Below, one piece after another: positions 37,371 through 49,705 of a stretch of DNA of 64,000 bases. Every line of letters starts with the position of its first letter. Positions within the stretch are counted from its first letter, which is position 1. The position numbers and the translations under genes are program-made. Source of the DNA: Lytechinus pictus (lineage: Eukaryota); contig NC_087249.1 in the NCBI RefSeq assembly GCF_037042905.1, forward strand, positions 6,760,001 through 6,824,000. The letters are read 5' to 3'. The notes under the pieces are model-generated. The model was not told the DNA's origin and ran no database searches. It was given only the letters and a program-made list of their open reading frames with translations.

Positions 37371-39229
37371 CCCCCTGTGAAGTCATCCACGCAAAAAGTT
37401 TTGAGCTGCTCAAAACTTTCAGAAAGGATGAACTTTCCGCCGTGTATAATGTAAATCCACGAAATATACGCGCAACAAATGTTCTATGTCCGTTATCATC
37501 CGTTAAACGTCCGCTTTATCCTCTTTGCTCCCCTGGACATTACATCCTTGCACCTCAAATCCACTGCTGCTGAAACCTCTTTACATTCCAACCTAAAAAA
37601 AAGGACGTTCGAAGCACTTTTTGTTATCATGAACAGGATAAGTATATAACAAAATAATGCGAGCGCAAAGCGCGAGCGGAAAATTTGAGATTTAACGTGA
37701 CACTCTATTCAGGTTTTGTAAAGCATGAAAATGATGGATGATTGGGTATCTTCCTACATTATAATGCGAGCAAGTAGCGCCAGCAGAAAATTCTTGATAT
37801 TCTGATCTGGAACAGGATAATCTAAGCATGACTTATACAAAGAACAGCTGCACATGTCCATAAACATTATTTTGACCGAGAAACGGGACAATCTAAGGAT
37901 ATTTTGTCATGAAAATGATGACACTATTCGATTCTTCTTCCCAAGCGCAAGATAAAACTTGTTGATATTCCTTTCTGAAAAGGGACAATTTAATTATCAA
38001 GAGTTCATGAAAATGTTATTACCTTGGTTATTTATCAAGGCCTGAAAACTGGACGTTTTAAGATTTTTTTAAAATCATGAATCGGATGCATGGTTAATAA
38101 ATTTTTAACAATTAATGCGAGCGCAAATTTTTGATAAAACGTCCGGAAAATGTGATTTTAAGTAGTTTGTTAAAAACGGGCATTTTACAGAGCACTTTTT
38201 GAACATCAATTCGTAAGTCACACAAAATGCTAAAAGCTCGATGTCCGAAATATGTTTTGTAAATTGACCTCAATACTTGATATTTAAGCTCCATATCAGC
38301 CTATTGAGCAAGATATGTATCTCATCGAGGTTCCATAACATTTTCTTCGGCGACAATTGCTCCGATGGAAAGTCTGCACATTAAACGAAACACAAAACCT
38401 AACCCCCAAAACTAAATAAACCCTAATCATAATCTTTACATTATTCTGAACCAAAAACTCTTTTACAATCCTAGCTCTAATCCTATGCCTTCTGAGATAT
38501 CAAGACCGGAGCAATTGTCGCAGGAGAAAAGGTCGTGTCACCCTCATCGAACATGCGATGCGAGCCCAAAGCGCGAGCGAACATTTTTTGTAGTGACATG
38601 AACGATTTTCCCAGTCTTCCCCTCACCTTATTTTATGCCCTCGTCTTCCTTCTCTTTTTTCTGTCTTATTTTTTTTCTCTCCTCTCTTTTCCCTTCTTTT
38701 CCCTCCCCCCTTTTTTTTGCTCCGCCAATAGGGGGGGGGGGGGGGGGGCTCGGGCCCCCTGGATCCGCCTATGAACCTTACGCTAATTATTGAAACAGTT
38801 TAAACAAGTGTTTAAAATCTTAAACAACAAAGTTTACTTTTTTAATATTCAATTCTCAATAAATTAAGCATGCCTGTTTAAAGTCATGTAGTAAAATGCG
38901 ATGTATAATACTTATCAAAAAACTTTTTTTCTGTGGCAAAGGGGGAAAACTGACCCTCCTAAGCATGTACACAATATGATCATCCATATCGTGGGGTTAT
39001 ATTTCTGCCTATTCTAAAAATAGTTGGTTAACGTTATGAAACTGTTAAAAACATGTTCCGTCCATTTTACTTGGAAGCTTTTTTACTCATAAAAATCCAC
39101 TGAAAAGCAGATAAAATAAAAGTATAACTTTAAAATCTTGTTTAACCTCCAACGATTTCTACTATCTACTGTATATACATGAAATGGTTATAATAATCAA
39201 TGTCCGGTGTACATTTCAAGGGGCCTCTG

Positions 39230-39401
39230 CAGGAGCCGCGGAACCGGGGGGGGGGGGCTGGGAGGGCTTCAGCCCCCCACTTTTTTCCAAAACCGTGTAC
39301 AAAAACGTAAAAATGACCATATGATTGTGATTTTTAGCATAGTCAGCCCCCCCACTTTTGGCTCAGCCCCCCCCACTTTGAAAACCGTTCCGCGGCCCCT
39401 G
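39230..39401. mobile_element. hAT-like MITE with 5-bp TSD (CTCTG)
   Basis: CAGGAGCCGCGGAAC / GTTCCGCGGCCCCTG, CTCTG on both flanks, body homologous to 11330-11474. Confidence 0.78.
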
Positions 39402-39967
39402 CTCTGTTCGAATTATTATCAATAAGAAACAATGATGGCCTGCTAATAATTCAGTTGCTTTAATGACCGTTTGAAACAATTAACAAAAAGATAATTTCAC
39501 ACGATCGGTATGTACGTAAAAAGTAATTAGATTCTTGTCTTAGGTAAGATCTAATGTTCTCCTATATGAGTACTTAATTATCGTCCTTGGTTATGTGTTA
39601 GGAGTCCTTCATTAATAATCCAGTTCTGAGAAACAATGCCCCTTTGGCGACTACTTGATATTTTATTTTCATTTCGTTGGCTTGTCGGCAAATTAAAAAA
39701 AGATAAGTGTTATCGTGACTGTGGCATAAAAAAAAAAAAAAACAGACCAAACCACTTGACGAACAAGGAAATTTATGGTAAAATTTTCTTGATATTGACA
39801 ATCTTTGTTTCCTCAATGCGACCTCGTTTGGGTGATAGGGTGTGTGGGTGAGTGTGTGAGGGTGAGTGAGAAAGTGGGTGTTGGATTGTAGTGAAAACAA
39901 TGAAAACAACGCTCACAGGAATAAATCATTTCCACAAACGAGACTCCAAATCTGAAGTAACGTTGAG

Positions 39968-41605
39968 GGTGATGATCATCATGATGAAGATGATGACGAT
40001 AATGATGGTGATGATAGTGATGATGATAATTATGAATATGATACTGATGATGGCGATGATGATGATAATAAATGATGATGGTGATATTGATGGTGATGAA
40101 GATGATGGTGATGATAACGATGAATATGATGATGATGATCGATGATGATGGTGATGATGATGCAGTGGCGTAACTACGGGGGGGGCATGGGGGGCACGTG
40201 CCCCCCCCCCCCAATCGGCTGACCAAAAAACCCCGGGAAAATTAGAAAAAGAGGGAGAAAGGAAGAGAAACGTAGTGGAAAAGAAGAAATTATTGTTCAT
40301 TATAATGTTATATTATGTTATAATTATGTTATATTGCATAACTTTATGAAACATAATTTGCTTAGGGCCTATGTCTTCATTGTTCCTGGTGCTCGCATTG
40401 TCTTTTTAACGCGATACATAATCCTGTTGTACTAAAACCTATCATTTCAAGTCAATATACACCAAATATATTTCCTCGCACTTAAGATTTATTATTGTTT
40501 TATGTAGTGACATATGCTTCTTTTTCATGACTACTTCAAGTGATTGCCCCATTTTAAGGTCTTAATATTAAACATTTCCAATCCGTACTTACGTTCGCAT
40601 TAGTGGATTTGTGAGATAGGTCTGCTCTCCATGAATTCCTAAAATCAGTCCTTAAAATGTCCCTTTTTCTGATCTGAATATCAAAAATTTTCGCATCATA
40701 GTGAAATACGTATTGTCTTAGTGAATTCCTACAAACAAGCTTTAGAATGCCCCTCTTCACGTCTGAATTGCCTAAATTTTGATTTGATTTGATTTGATTA
40801 GTGATATGCGTATGATAATCATGATTACGATGACTACAAAAAGTGTTTCATGTGTTCAGATGTAATTCTAACAAAATCAGCAAGCGCTTAGATGACTATG
40901 GTGAGATTATGTATACTCTCTCTTTATGGATTCCTTTAAAAATATTCCTTAAAATATCTATGTTTGGGGTCAATATATACAAAAATTTCAGCTCGCGCTT
41001 CGCGCTCGCATTGTTTAGCGAAACAGGTACATATCATGATTACAAAAATTTAATTATAATTTCCCTTTTTAGCTCTGAAAGTCAAAAATTTTCAGCTTGC
41101 GCTTTGCGCTCGCATTAATTGATCAGTGAGATACATATCCGTTTGATGGCACTAGCTGTCCTTAAAATATCTCTATTAGGTCAGTATACCTGGCAACTGA
41201 GCGCGCGAAGCGCGCTCTCTAAGTTATTCAACATTTTTGCTGGTGCCCCCCAATGCTGTGACCCACGGTACGCCACTTTGATGATCGTTATGATTATAAT
41301 GATGATGATGATGGAGACGATGATTATGATAAGGTTATGATGATCATAATTATGAGGATGATGGGGATGATGTTGATGAAGACATTTTTATGATGAAATG
41401 ATGACGGTGAAATGAAAATGATGGTAATGATATCGGTGGTATTGATGATGATGATGACGGTGTAATAAGATGGTATCTACTGTATAATAATGATGGTGTT
41501 GATGGAGATAATTGCGTTGATGATGATGATGATAATGGTGATGATGATAATGGTGATGATGATGATGATGATAGTGGTGGTATTGATGCTGCTGACGGTG
41601 ATGGT
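39968..41605. repeat. Degenerate (GAT)n microsatellite split by a hAT-like element at 40163-41280
   Basis: GAT-rich tracts on both sides; the insert starts CAGTGGCGTA and ends TACGCCACTTTG. Confidence 0.8.
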
Positions 41606-42518
41606 TATCATAAAATTGCTCAGATAATCATATTTCTCAGATGATTAATAATTGGTTAATAATTGGTTTATCTATACATTTATTCATTTCACTTCATTAT
41701 AGTATAAAAGGTAACCTATTCAGCTGTGTCTCTACATACAAAATTATCAACAATGAGCATTGTAGTCTACGACGCTCTGTTAATTAAAATATTCTATACA
41801 CATAATTATATACAAAAAATAAAATTACAGACTTAAAGCATTTACTTGGCTGCATGCTTACCTCAATTCGACACACACCCACGCTTTCACGTTCCACCCT
41901 CTCTCATCTATATATTTTTAATTTATTCTCTCCTGTTCTTTTCCTGTTCTTTAAAGAACAAACACTCGGTATCTTGAGACATTACATTTCATGCAACTGG
42001 AATTTTACCCCCCCCCCCAACATGACACACGCAGTAATAATGTTTTACACGAAGGAAGCCGGGGTAATAGCATGCAGCGCTTAGAGACAAATGTCATTTG
42101 TATTAAGCGCTATATAGATGTCGCATATTATTACTATTAAGGCTGTTTAATATCTGTACACGCTCAAATTGGAACAGCCTTTGTCAACGTACGAACATAA
42201 GGAACCATTAACTCGTATAGTCTTGATGGTACCGTTTAATGAGAAAGAAATATTATTCTATGTTATTTATTCCTTATTTTCCTGATTAAAAAAAAAAGTT
42301 CATAAACACCAAAATACTATCAATACAGCTCATCATGCTCATGTAGATCCAAAAGACAAAAGCTCCCGTTAAACCTATATCAACTTCCGTCTCCTACCCC
42401 CTTCTCTCTCTCTCTTCTTTATCTTCCTTCCATCCTTTCTTTCTCCCCTTCCCCCTCTCTCTCCGTATCACCCCTTTTCTCTCTCCCTCTCTAATTCTTA
42501 ACCCTCATAATTCTTAAC

Positions 42519-43830
42519 CAGCGGCGTAACAGGGGTCGGTTGCCGGGGGGGGGGGGGCAAGAGTCAGAAATTTCCCTGTCATATTATGGTATGAACAGGC
42601 GTAATGGTGTAATTTGGCGACTATTTTGAGAGGGTCAGATATTGCGTATCGGGCAGAATTTATCTTCTAAAAAAAATTGCGAGCGAGCGAAGCGAGCGAG
42701 GAAAAATTTTGACCTTTTTAATACAAAAATCAAAATTTCTGCTAGATTTTGACATGATATCCAGAGAATGATATATTTAACTCTTCTCTCTTTCCATTCC
42801 CTTTTTTGTGGTCTGTACGCCACTGTGAACAGGATTCTTTTGCGGCAGTAGCGTGAAGAGTATACAAAAAACGAGGGGTGCAGTATGTCACATGTGCTAA
42901 AAAGCTGCTTAATATAAGCCCAGAGCGAACGAAGCGAGCGAGAAAAAAATCACCTTTTCATGAGAATCTAACTTTGAGATATTTTTTTGACATTATATTC
43001 AGTAAATAAAATCATATCCTACACTTTTCCTTTGCTTTTCTTTTCTCCTTTTTGTTGTTCTTGTTTGTAGAAATTTTGGGGGCCATGGCCCAACCCTTCC
43101 ATACTCATATACGGCAGTGCTGTGCGGTTGGGTCCGGGATGGAGCCCCCGGAACTTCTTGACATCAAAGCCATTTAAACCTCGCAGATTGCCGCTATTTT
43201 AATCAAAATAAGAATCTAACTTTGAGATATTTTTTGACACTATATTCAGTAAATAAAATCATATCCTACACTTTTCCTTTGCTTTTCTTTCTTCCTTTTT
43301 GTTGTTCTTGTTTGTAAAACTTTTGGGGCCATGGCCCAACCCTTCCATACTTATTTACGGCAGTGCTGTGCGGTTGGGTCCGACCGTCCGAGGCGGAGCC
43401 CCCGGAACTTCTTGATATCAAAGCCATTTAAACCTCGCAGATTGCCGCTATTTTAATCAAATCGCGGGTATATACAGAATATAGCTTTTACACAACATAT
43501 TTATTCAACCCACAGTTGCGTAATGAATCAAATTTATTTCCCATCATACTATTGCATTACATAGTCCTATTTCGGAATGATTTGTTCTTTTTGAAATGTT
43601 CTACAGTACATTGTCCCGCTTTCCTTCCTTTTCCATTAAAAAAAATATTTTACTTAGTTTTCTTTTCACTTTCCCTTTCGTTTTCCTCCTTTCTTTTCCC
43701 CCTTTCCTTCACCTTTTCCCTTTCTTTCTCCCTCCCTGTTTTCTTTTTCCCGTTTTTAAAAAAATTTCCCGGTGAAATCCGCCAGCGGGGGCAGCTTCCC
43801 CCCTGCCCCCCCCCGCCTGTTACGCCACTT
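42519..43830. mobile_element. hAT-like non-autonomous element with an internal roughly 250-bp tandem duplication
   Basis: TIR CAGCGGCGTAACAGG / CCTGTTACGCCACTT and perfect 8-bp TSD TTCTTAAC. 42964-43210 is repeated at 43211-43460. Confidence 0.85.
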
Positions 43831-44364
43831 TTCTTAACCCCCTTTTCTCCCCCCTCTCTCTCCCTCTCTCGCCTCCCGTTCACTCTCCAATCGCACCGAT
43901 ACACCATTTTCGCGGGGAATCCCCATAATTTAATTGCTGGCACGTACTTTGGTCGGATGAACTAATGTTCACATAGTAATCCATTGTGACGTAGATCTAC
44001 ACCAATACCGTTCATCTGATACAATGGTATAATGCTAACATTACTCGTATGATCAAGGAGCTTCCAAGGAGCATCACACGGTAAAACATTCTTCACAATA
44101 CATCTCTGTTGAGAACAGTATATGAACGAGCAAACATGGCATAGGCATCATGGGGGTCTTCACTTCGGCACTTTCGAGGAAGATAAAGTTGGGCTAAATA
44201 ATATATATTTTGGTCTCAGTTTTGGTTCCATTGGTGACTATAATATTTCACTTTGTATATGTACATGTACATTAAATCACCACTTGATATAAAGTCTAAG
44301 TGTATTGACTCACTGAGTCACTATTAATTATTAGTAATCATTTCACAATTTCACTGCATGCCTA

Positions 44365-44616
44365 CACTCTAAAAAATATTGGGTGAAAGTGCTCCATGAG
44401 GGTAATTATGTGTCCAACCAACATTAGGCATTTCTTTTTGGCAGTTTTATTCATCCAGTGTGATGAAAATGATGCCCATTTTAAAGTGATTGCTGCTTAT
44501 TGTTTAACCTTACTGGACAATATGCTCCCCGCATCGGGTAAAATACTGCCCCAAATTGGTTGGACACATAATTGCCCTCGTGGTGGTAAAACTTTTACCC
44601 AATATGTTTTATGGTG
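44365..44616. mobile_element. CMC/EnSpm-like MITE
   Basis: TA|CACTCTAAAAAATATTGGGT ... ACCCAATATGTTTTATGGTG|TA, with arms extending about 60 bp. Confidence 0.6.
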
Positions 44617-45331
44617 TATACTGTCATAAAGTTATGTATTCCTAAAATTTCCAAGTGTGTTACATTTAGAAACAGGTGAACAATTACATGTATATGTCCT
44701 ATATAAGTATACACTGCGTATTGTAGTGAGAAGACTAAAACAACAATACATGCACATGTACATATGGCCACTCCATTTACTTTTCGACACTGATTGTGAT
44801 AAAAACAACTTGTAAGTTTTTTTTTTTTACACCAGGCCGTTTTTACAGGGGCAACTCCACAGGCGGAGGGTGCGACTGAAAAAAAGAAGGGGAAATTTGA
44901 ATGGGGTGGAAAGAAGAATGTTGGGTTGTGCCCCCATCACAAATTCCTCTCATCGCCCTTGTCATTCTATAAATGGATCGCAGAACATAATCTTTTTGAG
45001 TAAGCCTTAACGTGTATGTTACACATGGGGCAGGATGATTGGTTACACGTTTACTTAAAAAAGACGTGTAACCCTTACACAATTTGTCATTTTGTAACCA
45101 GACAATGTGAATGAGATGACCCCCACTTTCGAAATCGTTCCGCTGACCCTGCATAAAGAAAAGTAGGGAGCTTTTTAAAAGTTTACCTATTTTATTTTAA
45201 TTTTCTTCTATTGTAACGTATTTATTCAGGATAAAGATAAAACATGATCAGCCGAGGCTGTTTTTCATCATGGTCCTGACACACATAAAGAATATATACA
45301 TTGTACAGAATTATTAAACAATTATTAAACA

Positions 45332-45650
45332 ACTACGCAGACGTTTTTTTTTTCTGGAACGTAGAGAATCTATAGTCAAAAGCCTTTCATAGCAAAGCCT
45401 TTGTCGGAAATCGGTGAATCAAAACAGCATAACTGTCGTCCTGGGCTCTGGACAAACAACACATTTGCAATTTTTTCGTCAGCTCCGAATTTTATGACGA
45501 TCTGCTGTCCGGATCCAACAATTTTCGACGATAACCTTTTAGCTAATCATTGTGATTTGACGGGCAGTTTTAATGCATTTTAAATGCAAAACAGTAAATT
45601 ACTGTTTTCTATAATCCGTCCTCGTTGCAATTACGATAACTCGCTATTAT
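45332..45650 (+). repeat. Old dispersed repeat; inverted copy at about 47395-47690 and partial copy at about 63345-63475
   Basis: CCTTTGTCGGAAATCGGTGAATCAAAACAGC..GTCCTGGGCTCTGGACAAAC is shared by all three copies. Confidence 0.75.
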
Positions 45651-45974
45651 CGCTTGTTATGGAGGATGACACCGATTAAGTCATCTAGGGACTCTAATAA
45701 AAGGTGCTCTTCTCCGGAAGGCTCTTGTAATCCAGTGAATTGTAGTATTTTATTTGTTGGGGTGAATTAAATTCCCCTGTGATTTGAAATTAGCAAAGTT
45801 TGCACATATCAAAAACGAAAAACCAGGTCATCTCTCCACTCCCTTAAGCGTGCCCAAACGTTATTTTCTCAACACATTTCTATTATCCTTTGTTTCCTTT
45901 ATTCCTCGCCCCCACCCCATGGATCCGCCATTGGCGACGTCTTGATTTCATTTCGGGATTTCATTTCTTTCTAG

Positions 45975-46272
45975 GAGGAATCCGCAGAATTACTTCCTTT
46001 AAAACAGAGAGTCGATGTAGCCGTCTGCAGCGGCAGTCTTTCAAACAGCGTCGAGGGGCTCACCCAACATATAAGACAACGCATGAACGAAGTAGTAAGG
46101 ACCGTAAGATTCGAGACACTGCCCTACAACATCAGGGATATGAACAGGTTTGATCTGACCGGTATAGATGTTCTGCTTCTGTGTCACTCCATACAAAACA
46201 GACGATTCTCTATTACTGATGTCACTGATTCTATCTACGACGGCTTCTTACAGCGCGCCAGAAAAACCCTCG
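45975..46272 (+). CDS. Internal coding exon of an uncharacterised protein (N-terminal half of a TIR/SEFIR-like alpha/beta domain)
   Basis: Acceptor TTTCTTTCTAG (phase 0). Open frame EESAELLPLKQRVDVAVCSGSLSNSVEGLTQHIRQRMNEVVRTVRFETLPYNIRDMNRFDLTGIDVLLLCHSIQNRRFSITDVTDSIYDGFLQRARKTL. Donor G|GTAAGA (phase 1). Confidence 0.75.
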
Positions 46273-47005
46273 GTAAGAGATCGTCAGTTGTTTCCTTTCA
46301 ATATAGGTAGACCTCCCGGATAGACCTACACTTTTAAACATGTATAGTACCATACTTATAAAATGTCAGGAAGTGGGGGGGGGGGGGGTAATGTTGTGAC
46401 CCCGGGGTTGTGACATCTAAAAAAAAAGAAAAAAAAGAGGAAGAGGTCGGTAAAAGCTCACCGATATTTTCCAGCAGCACACACATACACACACTCCCAC
46501 ACACAAACATCTTCAAGAAAATTTTCCGTAGGTGGGGGAGGGGGAACGCTGTTCCCCTGATCACTAGTGACCATTATAGGAATGGGCCCTTAACTAAAGG
46601 CCGGTGGCATCTCGTATTGTCGCCGGGGCGATAGTAAGAGTAGTCCAGCTTGGACTTTGGTGTATGGAAGTTCCCTTTCCCAAAGCTAACATAGAGGGGA
46701 CATGACAATCTGGACTATAGTAAGAGTTTTCCAAGGCTGAATTCTGCAGTTGCACCCACAAAAATATTTCCCCTTTTGCAAGTTTTTATGTGAAATCTGT
46801 CCATGGGCCATTATAAGGCCCACGGACCTGCCGACATAAATGGCATGTTAAGGTCAACAATTAAAAGCCAATCATGAGCACTTGTACCTTCGTGGGATTA
46901 TAAAAAGCGGCAAGAGTAGGATGTGTCTTTTGTGCACATCGTCAGTAACTTATCAGGAATTTCGGATACGGTCACCTACAATCTGGTCTATTTCAATTTG
47001 GACAG

Positions 47006-47298
47006 GAAAAAGTAAAGTTGGAGTCATCGCTCACGATTTTTCAGAAGGTGACCTTTCACCTGAAAACCTTCTATCCAAGATGGAGTCATTCCGGTACAAC
47101 CAACATACCACGTTCGAATGTGCATCCCTGGCTCTGATTGGTGGAAAGCTCGGCGAAGGGGATGTCCAACTGACAGATGATCAACTGGAAGAACTTGAGC
47201 AGTTCTTTATCAAAGCCTCTTCCCCACCAGTTGAAGAAAAAGTAATAGTTACCACGAGAAGGTTCTTTCATTGTTTAACATGCCTTTTATTTGAGTAA
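47006..47298 (+). CDS. Following coding exon, probably terminal
   Basis: Acceptor GACAG is phase-compatible (G+GA = Gly). Reads KSKVGVIAHDFSEGDLSPENLLSKMESFRYNQHTTFECASLALIGGKLGEGDVQLTDDQLEELEQFFIKASSPPVEEKVIVTTRRFFHCLTCLLFE*, with AATAAA at 47310. An alternative phase-0 donor (GTAATA) follows 47241. Confidence 0.72.
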
Positions 47299-48027
47299 AA
47301 TGGACGGACAATAAAGTTAGGTTACGCGACGACTCTACCCGACGCGATGGAATGGAACAAGCCCTACTGCTCTATCTCAAAGGTAGTTTTCACAACTAAG
47401 GGAGAGTTTTCGCATCTGCAACGGGGACAGATTCAAGAACACAGTAAATCTATTGAAAATGCCCGTCAAATGACAAAGTACAGCTGGAAGGTCTTTGTCG
47501 AAAATTGTTGAACCGGAGCAGCAGTTTCGCCATAATTGTTTTGGAGCTGACAAAAGAAAATGCATATAGGTAGTTTGCCCAGAGTCCAGGACGAAACTGC
47601 TGTTATGATTCACCTGAATTCGGCAAAGACTTCTCGTTGTGCTTTGGCATGAAGATCATTTGAAAATGCATTTTCTATGTTCTTGAATCCATCGTGCAAT
47701 GTGGAAACGAAAACTCTTTGTTATCTATTGACGGGGATGGATGTTGAGATGAAGGGCGTCAAAGTCAGTGATTTACAAACGATTCTTTGTGCTACCAATA
47801 AAAAAAAAATGGGAGAGAAGCAAGCATTCTTTTCTTTATTATTAGTCACCTTATTATTGGTCACCTTTATTTCATTATGCTTATCGAGCAAAAGTTAGTG
47901 CACACAAATTTGTTGACCTGGTCTTTTGTTAACGCGTATTTTAATATAGTTCTACACAAGTTCCACCATCATAATATTTGTCTTTTTAAAGCAAATTGTT
48001 ATTTTTCGTTAACTCTTGAATTCTTAA

Positions 48028-48375
48028 GAGGAGGAGGAGGAGAAGAAGAAGAAGAAGATGAAGAAGGGAAAGAAAGGGAGAACGAAGAAGAAGAGGAGGA
48101 GGATAAAATGAGTCAGAAGAAACCGAAACGAGTTTTTATAATGCGGTGGAAATAATTTTGTTGACTTACACTTTTGTATATTTATCTTTATAGATTTACG
48201 GATATATAGGCCTGGTTCTGCAATAATTATACGAAACATTATATTGATCCTATACAGTTTTTAATTCTACCTATGAATTTTATTGTGTATGAAGAGAAGA
48301 AGATGAAAAAGGAGGAAGAGAAGAAGATGAAAAAGGAGGAGGAGAAGAAGGCAAGAAGAAGATGCAAAAGGAGTC
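48028..48375. repeat. Two (GAA/GGA)n purine-rich tracts
   Basis: Degenerate trinucleotide repeats at about 48028-48105 and 48290-48375. Confidence 0.8.
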
Positions 48376-49073
48376 GAAGTAATATTAACAAGAAATTTAG
48401 ATAAATTATCTTGACCATGTTGGTTGTGCCGTCATTTTAATGAGACAGTTCATCATAGGCTACCCTTCCTTCCCCCTCTCTCCCCTCCCCCTCTCTCTTT
48501 ATTTATATATCTATCTATCTACCATTAGCTCTACACAGACAATAAGATAGATGATGCGACAGATAAGAAAGAAATTATGTCAAGTAATTTAAAAGATAAA
48601 TGATGTCAAATAAATGATGGGACACCAGGGTGGCTCAACAATAAAATATGCATAGCAGTAGAAGTAGTAGTAGTAGTAGTAGTAGCAGCAGTAGTAGAAC
48701 TGGTAATAAAAGAAGTTATAGCAGTAGAATATCAAACTCAGGAAGTTCCAAATTATCGTCATAACGATTACCAAAGCTTTTTCAATCATTTAGATTACAG
48801 TACATGTTACACATTGTTGATGTCGACGAACGCCCCCTTGTGGCGAGTTTTTCCTAGTCTCGGTGTTAAACTGAGAAGCTGTATTTAGTATGAACCATAC
48901 TATGACCATCCGCACTGGTATAAGTCGGAATCTAATATAAAAACATGATAAAATAAAAAAAATGTGAGGATTATGCATTTATCTAATGGCCACGTAATTA
49001 GACAATATTATAAAGAAGATGGAGGAACGAGGGGGCGGGATGTGAATGACATATAAACGTATAAAATTGTATA

Positions 49074-49705
49074 TGAAACTAATTATCTTTGAAAATAACA
49101 TAATGTGAAAAAGTAAAAAAATTAATACAAAGACAAACGAAGAAGGCGAAAGAAAGAAATAAATAATGCAAAGCAAATGAACGGGAGAGGGAGATCGGTA
49201 TTATTGGTGAAATTCAAAATGCATTCTTTCACAATCTTGGCTTATATTCGAATCCGCAATCTCCTCACGCAGCGAGAGCAGCGGCTGTTGTGGCCAGATT
49301 GCGGACTTGGGTAATGGCACTGCTTAGTGTTCCTGTATAGACCATGGACCTATCCATGAGAGAACTAGCACTGCTCACGTCAGGGCGCCCCCTTATGCCA
49401 AGGCCGAAAGGATGCCCCAATTCGTATTTCTGAAAGAGTCCCCGCCCTGAAAACACACGGAATAATGACCCTTCGAAAAAAAAATCGCTATAATTTTCGG
49501 AAGACATTCTAAATAGTACTCGAATATGAGACAACATTTCGAATGAATGCATTTTAAATCCACCAATACCGATCCTCTCTCCCGCTAATTTTCTTTGCAT
49601 TTGCATATTTGCATTTATTTCGTTTTCTTCATTTTGACCTTTGATTCTTTCTCTTCGTATTTATTATATTTTTTCACATTATTTTATTTTCATAGAAAAG
49701 TTTCA
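49074..49705. repeat. Degenerate roughly 180-bp inverted repeat around a GC-rich core
   Basis: 49074-49251 matches the reverse complement of 49521-49705 (for example CGGGAGAGGGAGATCGGTATT / AATACCGATCCTCTCTCCCG). Confidence 0.7.

Noticed and set aside
39813..40300. His-, Ile-, Met- and Asp-rich ORFs
   Set aside because: Translations of the (GAT)n tract.
47877..48155. Acidic exon continuing the TIR-like gene
   Set aside because: Low-complexity GAA/GGA repeat with a weak acceptor; a second similar tract follows.
49370..49470. Hammerhead ribozyme
   Set aside because: GAAA is present, but no correctly placed CUGANGA core on either strand.
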